The position numbers and the translations under genes were made by a program. From sequence record SRR31156797_4840: a stretch of 64,000 nucleotides of DNA; one strand, given 5' to 3'. This document shows positions 29,303 through 40,109 of the stretch, piece by piece. Positions within the stretch are counted from its first letter, which is position 1. Every line of letters starts with the position of its first letter. Below the pieces are notes generated by a model that saw only the letters and a program-made list of their open reading frames with translations, had not been told where the DNA came from and searched no databases.

Positions 29303-30142
29303 ATGAAAAAAATCGTACAATCAATCGTCTTAGGGGCAGCATTATTATTTATTACAGGATGCGGAAACAATGGCAGTGCCGCAGCCACTGATCAAGAAGA
29401 AGTCACTGTGAAATTAGGAGTGATTGGCGCGGACACCGATGTCTGGGATGATGTCAAAGATCGTTTAAAAGACGAAGGCATCAATTTAGAATATGTCCAA
29501 TTCTCTGATTACAATCAACCCAACGCAGCATTAGCTGATGGTTCCATTGACCTCAATTCATTCCAACACCAATTTTTCTTGGATAATTATAATAAAGAAT
29601 TTGGTACCAATCTCGTATCGATCGGCAATACAGTCAACGCGCCATTAGGCATTTATTCCGACAAAGTGACGGATGTCAACGACTTGGCTGAAGGAGCTAA
29701 AGTTGCGATCCCGAATGATGTGACCAATGGTGGTCGGGCATTGCTCTTGTTACAATCAGCTGGATTGATCAAAGTGGATGAAGCAGCCGGACAAACACCA
29801 ACGGTCGCGGATATTACTGAAAACCGTTTGAATTTAGAAATTTCGGAACTTGATGCAGCGCAAACAGCCCGGGCACTTTCCGATGTCGATGTTTCTGTTA
29901 TCAATAGCGGCATGGCGGTAGATGCAGGATTTGTGCCTACCGAAGATGCAATCTTTTTAGAGCCTGTTGATGAAACGGCCCGTCCTTACGTCAACATCAT
30001 TGCCGCCCGTAAAGAAGATGAAGACAATGAAGTTTACCAAAAAGTGGTTGCTGCTTACCAAACAGAGGATACGAAAAAAGTCATCGAGGAAACGTCAAAA
30101 GGATCAAGTGTTCCTGCTTGGGAAACCTTTGGAGCAAAATAA
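29303..30142 (+). CDS. metQ: Methionine ABC substrate-binding lipoprotein (MetQ/NlpA)
   Basis: Lipobox ITGC; FSDYNQPN, NSFQH, PNDVTNGGRAL. Confidence 0.93.
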   Translation: MKKIVQSIVLGAALLFITGCGNNGSAAATDQEEVTVKLGVIGADTDVWDDVKDRLKDEGINLEYVQFSDYNQPNAALADGSIDLNSFQHQFFLDNYNKEFGTNLVSIGNTVNAPLGIYSDKVTDVNDLAEGAKVAIPNDVTNGGRALLLLQSAGLIKVDEAAGQTPTVADITENRLNLEISELDAAQTARALSDVDVSVINSGMAVDAGFVPTEDAIFLEPVDETARPYVNIIAARKEDEDNEVYQKVVAAYQTEDTKKVIEETSKGSSVPAWETFGAK

Positions 30143-30204
30143 GTGCTATGTAATTTGATAAAAACACTGAAAAAAACCATGTAAGAAAAAGGAGAGATTT
30201 GATT

Positions 30205-31413
30205 ATGACAACAGCAACTATTACAAAAGCAACGATTAAACCATTTATCCAAGAGCGTTTAGCCGCTTATCAAGCCTTGGCATTAGATATCCATAATCAC
30301 CCAGAAGTCAGCAACTATGAGTTTTACTCAGCCGATGCCCTGATCGCCCAATTAGAAAAAGAAGGCTTTGCTGTTAAAAAGGATGTCGCAGGACATCGCA
30401 CCGGCTTTGATGCCCGCTATGTCAGTGGAAAACCGGGCCCAACGATTGCCTTTTTAGCTGAGTACGATGCGTTACCAGGGATCGGTCATGCTTGTGGGCA
30501 CAATCTCTTCGGGACTTATTCCGTCTTAGCAGCCAGTGCCCTGCAACCTTTCATCGATGAGCTAGGCGGGGAGATTCGAGTCTATGGGACGCCAGGAGAA
30601 GAAGGTGGGGAAAATGGTTCCGCTAAAGGCAGTTTTGTCCGTGAAGGGTTCTTCAATGATGTCGATGCCGCTCTTTGTGTCCATCCAGCCCATCGCTATG
30701 GCAAAACGACAGCGTCATTAGCCAATGATCCAGTGGATATCAAGTTCTATGGTCGAGCTTCCCATGCGGCAGCTGCACCAGAAAAAGGCATCAACGCGTT
30801 AGAAGCATTGCTGCAAGTCTTTAACGGGATCAATGGATTGCGTCTGCACTTACCAAAAGACGTCAATATTCATGGTGTGATCACCGATGGTGGCGTGGCA
30901 GCCAATGTCGTGCCAGAATATGCAGCCGGTCGTTTTTATTTACGAGCAGCCAATCGAGCGACCTTGAACGATGTCTACGAGAAAGTCGAAAACATCGTCA
31001 AAGGAGCCGCTTTAGCCACGGGAGCGACCTATGAATTCGGCTTGTTCCAAAACTCCGTCGACGATGTGATCGTGACACCAAGTTTTGATGAGATCTTCTT
31101 TGCCCATGCCCAAGAAGCGGGCGTACCTGCCGATGAGATCGATACGGAAGCCAAAACAAGTCTTGGTTCTTCTGATGTCGGCAATGTCAGTCAAGTGATC
31201 CCGACGATCCAACCCACCGTTTCGATTTCAGATGACTACATTGCGGGTCATTCGGAAGAATTCAAAGCCGCTGCCAAGAGTGAAAAAGGCTTGCAGTCGA
31301 TCGCTATCGCGGCTGAACTTTTAGCGCTGACCGCGTTAGATCTTTTTGAACAACCGGCGTTATTAGAAAAAATCAAAGCCGATCATCAAGAAAGCCTAGC
31401 AAAAGGCAATTAA
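30205..31413 (+). CDS. M20D amidohydrolase (HmrA/AbgB-like)
   Basis: EYDALPGIGHACGHN, GTPGEEG, GSSDVGNVS. Confidence 0.92.
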   Translation: MTTATITKATIKPFIQERLAAYQALALDIHNHPEVSNYEFYSADALIAQLEKEGFAVKKDVAGHRTGFDARYVSGKPGPTIAFLAEYDALPGIGHACGHNLFGTYSVLAASALQPFIDELGGEIRVYGTPGEEGGENGSAKGSFVREGFFNDVDAALCVHPAHRYGKTTASLANDPVDIKFYGRASHAAAAPEKGINALEALLQVFNGINGLRLHLPKDVNIHGVITDGGVAANVVPEYAAGRFYLRAANRATLNDVYEKVENIVKGAALATGATYEFGLFQNSVDDVIVTPSFDEIFFAHAQEAGVPADEIDTEAKTSLGSSDVGNVSQVIPTIQPTVSISDDYIAGHSEEFKAAAKSEKGLQSIAIAAELLALTALDLFEQPALLEKIKADHQESLAKGN

Positions 31414-31463
31414 CGCCAAAACCTTGAAAGAAGATATCCAGAGGATACTCAATAATATAGAAG

Positions 31464-31504
31464 AAAAAAAAGTCTCTGCCGCAAAATGTCGGTAGAGACT
31501 TTTT
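31464..31504. terminator. Bidirectional terminator
   Basis: AAAAGTCTCTGCCG/CGGTAGAGACTTTT. Confidence 0.8.
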
Positions 31505-31506
31505 AG

Positions 31507-32070
31507 TTAGTCGATGACTAAAATGCCTTCTTTCAATGAAAAAGGATTTTGTTGATTGATATGATCGTAGAACATGACCCCGTTCAAATGATCGATCTCA
31601 TGCTGAACGACGATTGCAGGATAGTTCTTCAAACGAACTTTTTTCTTTTTGCCGTTGATGTCGTAATAGCTGATCGTGATCCGGGCATGGCGTACCACGT
31701 AGCCAGGGACTTCACGGTCCACGGACAGGCAGCCCTCGCCTTCACCCAAACAAGCTTCTTGCACGGAATGACTTAAAATTTTGGGATTGTAAAGAACATC
31801 TTTAAAATCAGGTTCAGTTTTTTCTGGGTCGCTGCTAGGGACGAGGACCGCTGTGATTCGTTTTGAAATATCTAATTGAGGAGCTGCTAGACCAACACCA
31901 CCTCTTAATTCGAGTTCTTCTGCCTTGACTGGGTCTTGGCTGTTTTCTAAAAAGGTCATCATTTCTTTTCCTAGTGCGATATCTTCTTCGCTCAAAGGAA
32001 AAGGTACTTCTTTTGCTACTTCACGCAAGGTTGGATTGCCTTCGCGAATAATATCATCCATTGTAATCAT
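31507..32070 (-). CDS. def: Peptide deformylase
   Basis: [19 protein letters not shown]; start ATG 32070. Confidence 0.97.
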   Translation of the reverse strand: MITMDDIIREGNPTLREVAKEVPFPLSEEDIALGKEMMTFLENSQDPVKAEELELRGGVGLAAPQLDISKRITAVLVPSSDPEKTEPDFKDVLYNPKILSHSVQEACLGEGEGCLSVDREVPGYVVRHARITISYYDINGKKKKVRLKNYPAIVVQHEIDHLNGVMFYDHINQQNPFSLKEGILVID

Positions 32071-32193
32071 TGATGATGTGATTCCTCCTACTATGTAAAA
32101 ATGACGAAAGCAAGTTTCGTTCCTAATAAAGTGTACCACAAGTGCAGAAAGAAGGGCATAAGAAAGTTTAAACGGTAAAGCTTTCTTATTAAA

Positions 32194-32287
32194 TGAAACG
32201 ATATTTCTATATTGGTGATTTAATTATGAAATATAGTTGCGGACAGGAAGAGAATCAGTTATAATACTTTTATAGAAAACGGTATCA
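32194..32287 (+). promoter_or_regulatory. mur operon promoter with putative RpiR/MurR operators and a cre site
   Basis: TGAAA-N5-TTTC (32194) and TGAAA-N5-TTGC (32227); TTGCGG-17-TATAAT; AGAAAACGGTATCA cre-like at 32274. Confidence 0.6.
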
Positions 32288-32316
32288 CGAAAGTGACTCA
32301 CCAAGGAGGCAAAGAG

Positions 32317-33381
32317 ATGTTCGGCTTTTCTGTATTTATGAACGAAGACTTGACGGCAGCAGAACTTGAGCAGATGACTGCGATGGCATCAGGCTTTAAA
32401 GGGATTTTCACCTCCATGCACATACCAGAAGACGATCGCAGTACCTATCGGCAGCGTCTGACGGACTTGGGAGGTTTCGCACAAGACCATCAGCTGTCTT
32501 TAATGGTAGATATTTCTGGAAACGCCTTAGCAGAAGCGGGCTTTTCCATCGACAATCTGGCGGAACTAAGGGGAATCGGTGTCACTGGTTTACGAATGGA
32601 CTATGCCATCGACAATCAACAAATCGCAGCTTTTTCAAAGGAAATGACCATCAGTTTGAATGCCAGTACATTAACGGAAAAAGACATTCGAGAGCTGCAG
32701 GCGTATGGAGCCGATTTTACTCGTTTGGAAGCTTGGCACAATTATTACCCCCGACCAGAAACAGGACTGGATGCTGACTGGTTTCAGGAGAAGAACCGCT
32801 GGTTGAAAGCACAAGGCTTTTTCGTCCAAGCCTTTGTTCCAGGAGATGCCAAGAAACGCGGACCGTTATTTCAAGGATTACCCACACTGGAAAGACACCG
32901 CAACTGGTCGCCTTTTGCCGCAGCGATCGACTTGTTGGCTACTGGCTCAGTTGATGCTGTTTACATTGGTGATGGGATGGTTTCTGCAAAAAGTGCGCAG
33001 CAGTTTGCGACGTATCTGCAAGAAGCGCGGATCGTTTTGCGGGTCAAAGATCTTGGTTCGACTTACTTTGAACACGTACTAGGGGATCACCAGAATCGTT
33101 ACGATGAAGCTCGGGATGTCTTGCGCAGTGCTGATGCCCGTTTCAATGCCATTCCAGAAGTCAAACCTGAACTTAGTCAAGAGCGGACAATTGGTGCTGT
33201 GACGATCGATAACCAAAAGTATTTGCGCTATATGGGAGAGATTCAAGTGTGCAAACGTCCTTTGCCAGCAGACCCAAAAGTCAACCTCGCCGCTCAGGTG
33301 ATACCAGCCGATCTGCCGTTGATCCAACAAATCAAAGCAGGGATGCGATTTAAATTAGAAAGAGATGATTCCAATGAATAA
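32317..33381 (+). CDS. mupG: 6-phospho-N-acetylmuramidase (DUF871)
   Basis: [35 protein letters not shown]; adjacent to murQ. Confidence 0.9.
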   Translation: MFGFSVFMNEDLTAAELEQMTAMASGFKGIFTSMHIPEDDRSTYRQRLTDLGGFAQDHQLSLMVDISGNALAEAGFSIDNLAELRGIGVTGLRMDYAIDNQQIAAFSKEMTISLNASTLTEKDIRELQAYGADFTRLEAWHNYYPRPETGLDADWFQEKNRWLKAQGFFVQAFVPGDAKKRGPLFQGLPTLERHRNWSPFAAAIDLLATGSVDAVYIGDGMVSAKSAQQFATYLQEARIVLRVKDLGSTYFEHVLGDHQNRYDEARDVLRSADARFNAIPEVKPELSQERTIGAVTIDNQKYLRYMGEIQVCKRPLPADPKVNLAAQVIPADLPLIQQIKAGMRFKLERDDSNE

Positions 33382-34282
33382 AATCAATTTAGACAAATTA
33401 ACGACTGAACGACGCAATAGCGAAACGAGTAATTTAGATGAAATGACAATTTTAGAAGCGTGTCAAAAAATGAACCAAGAAGATCAAAAAGTTGCCTATG
33501 CGGTGGAAAATGAAATTCCTAGTATTGAAAAAGTGATTGAACAAACTATCGCTGCTTTTAAAAAAGGCGGACGCTTGATTTATCTTGGCGCTGGGACAAG
33601 TGGTCGATTAGGCGTCTTGGATGCAGCAGAATGTGTCCCCACCTTTGGGGTATCACCTGAGATGGTGGTCGGTCTGATCGCCGGTGGTGAAGAAGCGATG
33701 ACGGTTGCTGTCGAGGGAGCAGAAGACTCCTTAACGCTAGGGAAACAAGACCTTGTCGATCTGAAGTTGAACCCAAATGACATGGTGATCGGGATCGCTG
33801 CCAGTGGTAGAACGCCTTACGTGATTGGGGCTCTTGATTACGCCAATGAGCTTGGTGCCACAACAGCTACGATCGCTTGTAACAAAGATGCGGAGATCTC
33901 TCAACATGCCAGCTTTCCAATTGAAGTCGATTGTGGCCCAGAGTTTCTGACGGGTTCGACTCGTTTGAAATCAGGAACTGCCCAAAAATTGATTTTGAAT
34001 ATGATCTCGACGTTATCGATGGTAGGGATCGGTAAAGTCTACAATAATTTGATGGTCGACGTGAAAGCGACCAACGAAAAATTGGTGGAACGCTCAAAAC
34101 GGATCATCATGCAGGCAACTGAAGCTGATTATGAAACAGCCGCTGCAGCATTTGAAGAAGCAGATCAGAATGTCAAATTGGCGATCGTGATGCTGTTGAC
34201 GGATAGCACGAAAGACGAAGCACAAGCAAAACTTGCCACGGCACAAGGGTTTGTCAAAACGGCGTTAGGAGGAGAAAAGTAA
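33374..34282 (+). CDS. murQ: N-acetylmuramic acid 6-phosphate etherase
   Basis: [28 protein letters not shown]. Confidence 0.97.
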   Translation: MNKINLDKLTTERRNSETSNLDEMTILEACQKMNQEDQKVAYAVENEIPSIEKVIEQTIAAFKKGGRLIYLGAGTSGRLGVLDAAECVPTFGVSPEMVVGLIAGGEEAMTVAVEGAEDSLTLGKQDLVDLKLNPNDMVIGIAASGRTPYVIGALDYANELGATTATIACNKDAEISQHASFPIEVDCGPEFLTGSTRLKSGTAQKLILNMISTLSMVGIGKVYNNLMVDVKATNEKLVERSKRIIMQATEADYETAAAAFEEADQNVKLAIVMLLTDSTKDEAQAKLATAQGFVKTALGGEK

Positions 34283-36294
34283 TGGCAAAAGAAACACTGA
34301 CGGTAGAAGAGTTAGCGGAGAAGATTTTTCAAGAAGCCGGCGGAATGGACAACGTAGAAACAGTCAATCACTGTATGACTCGCGTACGAATGACCGTCCG
34401 CGACCACGACAAGGTCGATCAACAAGGGTTAAAAGAGATTCCCGGCGTGATGGGTGTCGTCAATGACGAGCAGCTGCAAGTCATTATCGGACCAGGGAAA
34501 GTCAACAAAGTAGCCAACGCAATGGTGGCAAAAGCCGGTGTTGATTTGGGGCAAGAGATCCCGCAGCAAAAATCAGGCAAAGAGGCGTTATCAGAAAAAA
34601 CGGCAGAGATGAAAGCAGCCCAAAAAGCCAAACAAAAATCATCACCATTGAAGTCGCTGCTGAAAGACATTTCAAATATCTTTGTTCCAATGATTCCAGC
34701 CTTCGTTGGTGCAGGACTCGTTGCAGGGATCGCCTCCGTTCTGACCAACATGATCACTGCTGGAAATTTAGATGGAGACACTTGGAATTATTATGTCATG
34801 ATTTTAAACGTCCTAAGAAATGGGATGTTCACCTATTTAGCAATCTTTACTGGGGTCAATGCTGCGCAGGTCTTTAAAGCCAATCCAACCCTTGGTGGAG
34901 TGATCGGTTCGATCATCTTGCTGACCGGTATGAACCCAGAAGCCCCGATCCAAAACTTGTTCACCGGCGAAGCTTTAGCTGCCAACCAAGGAGGGATCAT
35001 CGGTGTGATCTTCGCCGTATGGCTTTTGGCGAAATTAGAGGCAGTGCTGCATCGAGTGATTCCTGAAGCGATCGATATTATCGTGACCCCGACGTTGTGT
35101 TTATTGATCATCGGTTTGACGGAGATTTTCTTGATCATGCCATTGGCTGGTCTGATCTCTGACAGCTTAGTCGGTTCGATCACTTGGGTCTTGAATGTGG
35201 GCGGTGCTTTCTCTGGGTTTGTCTTAGGAGCGGCCTTCCTACCAATGGTCATGTTTGGTTTGCATCAAATTTTGACCCCGATCCACATCCAAATGATCGA
35301 AGCAACAGGCAGCACGCAATTATTACCGATTTTAGCCATGGCTGGTGCCGGTCAAGTCGGAGCAGCTTTCGCCTTATGGGTACGACTACGTAAAGACAAA
35401 GAGCTTTCTGAAATGATCAAAGGTGCATTGCCAGTTGGGATCTTAGGTATCGGCGAACCATTGATCTACGGAGTGACATTGCCATTAGGTCGACCATTTA
35501 TCACTGCTTGTATTGGTGGTGGGATCGGTGGTGCGGTCATTGGCGCTTTGACAAATATCGGCGCAACGGCGATTGGACCATCAGGGCTAGCTTTGATTCC
35601 ATTGATTGCCAACGGCCGTTGGATGGGCTATATTTTCGGCTTGTTAGCAGGCTATGCTGGCGGCTTCGTTGCCACCTACTTCTTTGGGATTCCTAAAGAT
35701 CGCTTAGAAGCAGTCAAAGGGATTGAGGCAGAGGAGGCAAAACCAGCTGCAACCGTCACTGTGCAACCGCAACCAAAAGAAACGAGTGAAACGGTGGCAA
35801 AGGAAACGGCAGCAAATTCATCAGCAACAACGATCGATACACCCTTATACGCAGTAGCAACAGGCACGACAAAATCAATCAGTGCATCAAGTGATCCGGT
35901 ATTTTCGCAAAAAATGATGGGCGACGGGTATTTTGTCTTGCCAGACAATGGAGCGATCTTTGCACCAGCAGCAGGAACGATCACGACGATTTTCCCAACG
36001 AAACATGCATTGGGGATTAAGACTGCCAGCGGGCTAGAGATTCTGCTACACATGGGTGTCGACACCGTGGAATTGCAAGGAGCACCTTTTGAAATCCTGG
36101 TGGAGGAAGGCCAAGCCGTGACACCAGCCACCCAAGTTGCCCAAGTCGATTTGGCGCAGTTGACAGCTAAAGGCAAAGCTTCTGAGATGCTTGTCATTAT
36201 CACCAATATGGACCAAGCTGCCAACGTTGAACTGTTACCGATCGCGGAAACAAACGCAGGTCAAGCAGTCATGCATGTGGCAACGATAAAATAA
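34282..36294 (+). CDS. murP: MurNAc(-GlcNAc) PTS EIIBCA
   Basis: HCMTRVR EIIB, GIGEPLIYG EIIC, DPVFSQKMMGDG...HMGVDTV EIIA. Confidence 0.87.
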   Translation: MAKETLTVEELAEKIFQEAGGMDNVETVNHCMTRVRMTVRDHDKVDQQGLKEIPGVMGVVNDEQLQVIIGPGKVNKVANAMVAKAGVDLGQEIPQQKSGKEALSEKTAEMKAAQKAKQKSSPLKSLLKDISNIFVPMIPAFVGAGLVAGIASVLTNMITAGNLDGDTWNYYVMILNVLRNGMFTYLAIFTGVNAAQVFKANPTLGGVIGSIILLTGMNPEAPIQNLFTGEALAANQGGIIGVIFAVWLLAKLEAVLHRVIPEAIDIIVTPTLCLLIIGLTEIFLIMPLAGLISDSLVGSITWVLNVGGAFSGFVLGAAFLPMVMFGLHQILTPIHIQMIEATGSTQLLPILAMAGAGQVGAAFALWVRLRKDKELSEMIKGALPVGILGIGEPLIYGVTLPLGRPFITACIGGGIGGAVIGALTNIGATAIGPSGLALIPLIANGRWMGYIFGLLAGYAGGFVATYFFGIPKDRLEAVKGIEAEEAKPAATVTVQPQPKETSETVAKETAANSSATTIDTPLYAVATGTTKSISASSDPVFSQKMMGDGYFVLPDNGAIFAPAAGTITTIFPTKHALGIKTASGLEILLHMGVDTVELQGAPFEILVEEGQAVTPATQVAQVDLAQLTAKGKASEMLVIITNMDQAANVELLPIAETNAGQAVMHVATIK

Positions 36295-36298
36295 TGGT

Positions 36299-36333
36299 AA
36301 AACCTCTATCTGATAAAGATGGAGGTTTTTTTT
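36299..36333 (+). terminator. Intrinsic terminator
   Basis: AAAACCTCTATC/GATGGAGGTTTT + T-run. Confidence 0.8.
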
Positions 36334-36372
36334 AAGAAGTTACTAAATTGATTGCGGAAACGAGGCCTTTAT

Positions 36373-36389
36373 GTTACAGTTTCGTTACA
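36373..36389 (-). promoter_or_regulatory. WalR/VicR-consensus direct repeat
   Basis: Minus strand TGTAAC-GAAAC-TGTAAC, exact match to TGTWAH-N5-TGTWAH. Confidence 0.6.
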
Positions 36390-36422
36390 AAGGGAGAAAT
36401 CCCATTCGAGGAGGCAATGACG

Positions 36423-37454
36423 ATGAAAAAAATAATTTGGTTCGGACTAATGACGCTGGCATTTTCACCAATGATGGTTCATGCAGATGAAACGGCTACG
36501 AGTGGAAGTGACAATCCGGTTGCCGTTAGCGAGACGCTTTCATCAGAAGGGCAAACAGACAGTGAGCAGATTCAAAATTCTGCCCAAGAAAGTACAGATG
36601 AAAACCAAGAAACGGATCAATCCGCTACTTCAGAAACTACAGCTGACGAGAATCAAGAGCCAGTCGATTCCGAAGCCGTTATTGCCTCGATCCAAGCAGA
36701 GACAGGGACGCAAAACGTCAATGAAATCAATACATTAGCCGATGAACCTAGTTCGTTGCGTAGTGCGTTAACCCAAGGGATCACTGAAGGCAGTGTGACC
36801 GCATTTACCCAAGAACAGTTGGACCAGTTGACAGATGAAGAATTGACCAATGGCAATCGCCTAGCGCTACGTTATTCTAGTGATGCGATGGGCTTTGATA
36901 TTGCTTACTTGGCAAAAATCATCGGTGCCTTGTTTGTCGATCAGACGTTATCCTGGGAAGCCATTGAGCCGCAACTGGCTTTTGATGCGAATAGCTACGC
37001 CAGTTTTGCTGACTTGATTCCTGTCGTGGATCAGTTGCAGGAATATTTACGGGTCGTCTATCCAGCAGACGGAGTCTTTTTACATTTGAATCAAGCCGTT
37101 TCCAACGAATGGATGATCTCAATTTTGACCAATTTGAATCAGATGGAACAAGAGATGCAAGTTGATCCAGGTGCCTTTGTCCCCGGACGGATCTCTTATA
37201 TCATTCAAGCGGCAAATGATTCCATGTATCTGCCTACAGGCACGCAAACGAGTACGACTGAAGAAGCGACGGCAACTTCGACGACAGCCCAAGAAACAGC
37301 GACAACGACTTCTTCGAAAGAGGCAGACGCAACTGCCGATGGCGAAAAAACATTACCTAAAACCAATGAAGCGCCAAGTTATACCTTATTGATCGCAGGT
37401 GTTATCCTGCTGCTGATCGTTTTCTTGATTTTATGGCGCCGAAAGAAAAAATGA
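36423..37454 (+). CDS. LPXTG-type (LPKTN) cell-wall-anchored protein of unknown function
   Basis: RBS GAGGAGG, MKK signal peptide, acidic linker, helical core, Thr-rich stalk, LPKTN + TM + RRKKK. Confidence 0.88.
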   Translation: MKKIIWFGLMTLAFSPMMVHADETATSGSDNPVAVSETLSSEGQTDSEQIQNSAQESTDENQETDQSATSETTADENQEPVDSEAVIASIQAETGTQNVNEINTLADEPSSLRSALTQGITEGSVTAFTQEQLDQLTDEELTNGNRLALRYSSDAMGFDIAYLAKIIGALFVDQTLSWEAIEPQLAFDANSYASFADLIPVVDQLQEYLRVVYPADGVFLHLNQAVSNEWMISILTNLNQMEQEMQVDPGAFVPGRISYIIQAANDSMYLPTGTQTSTTEEATATSTTAQETATTTSSKEADATADGEKTLPKTNEAPSYTLLIAGVILLLIVFLILWRRKKK

Positions 37455-37488
37455 CCGTTATTTATAATCGGCAGAATGAAAAAATAGC

Positions 37489-37524
37489 AACCTTCGTTTT
37501 CCATCAGGGAAACGAAGGTTTTTT
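37489..37524 (+). terminator. Intrinsic terminator
   Basis: AACCTTCGTTT/AAACGAAGGTT + T-run. Confidence 0.8.
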
Positions 37525-37619
37525 GTTTTCAGAAATTTCACTCGTGATTTCTTTTCAAATAACGCCTTTTATAAAAAGACCAGAATCGATTCCTTCATAA
37601 AAAAGTCAAATTTAAATTC

Positions 37620-37675
37620 TTGCATTCTCTGGTGAGGGGTGTATAATGACACAGTGTCATATGACATCGTGTCAT
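37620..37675 (+). promoter_or_regulatory. Promoter with tandem palindromic TetR operator
   Basis: TTGCAT-16-TATAAT; ATGACACAGTGTCAT (37646) directly followed by ATGACATCGTGTCAT (37661). Confidence 0.8.
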
Positions 37676-37720
37676 ATTGAGGGCTGTGATTTATTTTAAA
37701 TTAGAAAGGAGTTGCTTGTG

Positions 37721-38389
37721 ATGCCGACCGATACATTTTTTCACTTGCCGCCGGAAAAACAAAAGCGCATCTTAAATGCGGCGAAAAAAGAATTCTCAAG
37801 GCTGCCGTTGAAAGACGCCTCGATCGCCAACATCATCAAAGATGCCGAGATTCCTCGCGGGAGTTTTTACCAATACTTCGAAAACAAAGAAGATCTTTAT
37901 TACTATTATTTCCATACGTTGAAAAAAAATAGTCAGCGAGATCTGCTGAAATCGATCCAACATGAAAACGGTGATCTGTTTGCGGGGTTCGAATGGTACT
38001 TTTCACGGATGATCGCCGAGGTTTTCAAAGGCAAAAACGCAAACTTTTACCGCAATTTATTTATGAGTATGGATTATCGTTCCTTCCATAAAGTCGTGCC
38101 AGAGATGCAGCACAAGATGCATCAAGAACACAAAGCCGATCGGCAGAAGCAGCAAGCCATCTTTTTGTCAGAGGTCGACAAAGATTTATTGAAAGTCAAA
38201 GACGACCATGAGTTGAAAATGCTGATCCAGCTGCTGATGCATACCGTCTTTTCGACGATTGCCGAAGCCTATCGCCAATCAGCATTTGATCCAGACTATG
38301 ATCCTGCCGAAGCGATCGCTGATTTCAACAGTAAAGTCCGCTGGTTAAGAGAGGGCGCAAAAAAAGAAAGAGGGGAAACCTATGATTAA
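37721..38389 (+). CDS. TetR family regulator
   Basis: MPTDTFFHLPPEKQ, SIANIIKDAEIPRGSFYQYF. Confidence 0.92.
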   Translation: MPTDTFFHLPPEKQKRILNAAKKEFSRLPLKDASIANIIKDAEIPRGSFYQYFENKEDLYYYYFHTLKKNSQRDLLKSIQHENGDLFAGFEWYFSRMIAEVFKGKNANFYRNLFMSMDYRSFHKVVPEMQHKMHQEHKADRQKQQAIFLSEVDKDLLKVKDDHELKMLIQLLMHTVFSTIAEAYRQSAFDPDYDPAEAIADFNSKVRWLREGAKKERGETYD

Positions 38390-40109
38390 GCTGATAAAAC
38401 GCGTATCCGTCATTTCCATAATCATGGCAGTGGTGTTTATGGTGATCCAAGTCGTTTCTGATTTGTATCTACCGACATTGACTTCCAATATTATCAACAA
38501 TGGTGTGGCGACAGGGGACATTGATTACATTTGGAAAACCGGCTTTTACATGATCGGCTTTTCATTGATCAGTATCATCGCTGCTTTAGGAAATACGTAT
38601 TTCGCAACAAGAGAATCACAAAAATTAGGACAAAAACTACGTTCGGACATTTACCAAAAAGTTGAGAATTTTTCTTCTCGTTCTTTCGATAAATTTGGGA
38701 CCGCATCATTGATCACACGAACCACTAACGACGTCAACCAAATTCAAATGGTGACGCAAATGTTTTTACGTATGATGATCAATGCACCGATCACACTGAT
38801 TGGGGCGAGCTTCTTGGCCTATCAAAAAGATGCCCAATTAACACGAATCTTTTTAGTCGTTATTCCTATCATGCTAGTATTAGTTGGCGGTATTATGTAT
38901 TTTGCCGTTCCTTTATTCAAAAGTATGCAAAAGAAAACTGACCGTTTGAACTTAGTCTTTCGTGAAGGCTTGACGGGGGTCCGCGTTATTCGGGCATTTG
39001 ACAAGACGGATTATGAAGCGAATCGCTTTGATCAAGCCAACAAAGATTACACCCACACCGCGATCAAAGTAAATACCATCGTGGCCTTGATGATGCCTTT
39101 AATGACGTTGATCATGAGTGGAACGAACATTGCCATCACATGGTTTGGTGGTCATTATATTGCCGAAATGACCTTAGAAGTCGGGAACCTGATTGCGTTT
39201 ATGACTTATGCGATGCAAATTTTGATCAGCTTTATGATGCTGTCCATGATCTTCGTGATGGTGCCAAGAGCCCAAGCATCAGCTGACCGGATCAACGAAG
39301 TCTTAAATGAAGAAGATGAAATTCTCGATCCAAAAACACCAGCGACATTGAGCTTACAAGGGGATCAAGCAACCTTGACTTTTGACCATGTGGCGTATCG
39401 CTACCAAGGCGCTGAGAAATTGGCGTTGGAAGATATCGACTTCCAAGCAAAATCTGGTGATTTTGTTGCCATCATCGGTGGGACGGGCTCAGGGAAAACG
39501 ACCCTAGTCAATCTCTTGCCTCGTTTGTACGATGTGGAGTCTGGTGCAATCAAAATCAATGGGGTCAATATTGCAGAAATCACCCAGCATAATCTACGAG
39601 AAGTCGTGGGCTTTGTTCCGCAAAAAGCGGTACTGTTTTCCGGTACCATTCGTGAAAATATGAAATACGGAAAACCTGATGCGACAGACGAAGAAATCTG
39701 GCAAGCATTAGAGATCGCCCAAGCCAAAGATTTTGTCTCCGAACTGGCAGATGGCTTAGATAGCCGTGTAGAACAAGGCGGCGGCAACTTCTCTGGTGGA
39801 CAACGTCAACGTTTAGCGATTGCTCGTGCGTTAGTGAAACAAGCAGATGTCTATGTCTTTGATGATTCCTTCTCCGCATTGGACTTCAAAACCGATGCAA
39901 ACTTACGAGCAGCGCTGAAACGCGACATGCAAGACAGCATCATGGTCGTGGTTGCCCAACGGGTCAGCACCGTCATGGATGCCGATACGATCTTAGTATT
40001 GGATGAAGGACAACTCGTAGGGAAAGGGACCCATGAATCATTAATGGCAGACAATGAAACCTATCAAGAAATCGTTTCTTCACAATTGAGAGAGGAGGAT
40101 CTTGCATGA
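38382..40109 (+). CDS. Heterodimeric multidrug-type ABC exporter, subunit with degenerate catalytic motifs
   Basis: TMD+NBD; Walker B FDDSFSALD and VAQR switch. Confidence 0.93.
   Translation: MIKLIKRVSVISIIMAVVFMVIQVVSDLYLPTLTSNIINNGVATGDIDYIWKTGFYMIGFSLISIIAALGNTYFATRESQKLGQKLRSDIYQKVENFSSRSFDKFGTASLITRTTNDVNQIQMVTQMFLRMMINAPITLIGASFLAYQKDAQLTRIFLVVIPIMLVLVGGIMYFAVPLFKSMQKKTDRLNLVFREGLTGVRVIRAFDKTDYEANRFDQANKDYTHTAIKVNTIVALMMPLMTLIMSGTNIAITWFGGHYIAEMTLEVGNLIAFMTYAMQILISFMMLSMIFVMVPRAQASADRINEVLNEEDEILDPKTPATLSLQGDQATLTFDHVAYRYQGAEKLALEDIDFQAKSGDFVAIIGGTGSGKTTLVNLLPRLYDVESGAIKINGVNIAEITQHNLREVVGFVPQKAVLFSGTIRENMKYGKPDATDEEIWQALEIAQAKDFVSELADGLDSRVEQGGGNFSGGQRQRLAIARALVKQADVYVFDDSFSALDFKTDANLRAALKRDMQDSIMVVVAQRVSTVMDADTILVLDEGQLVGKGTHESLMADNETYQEIVSSQLREEDLA

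Noticed and set aside
34419-36224. Long antisense ORFs opposite murP (and similar ones elsewhere)
   Set aside because: Shadow frames of the coding strand; no RBS or recognisable motifs
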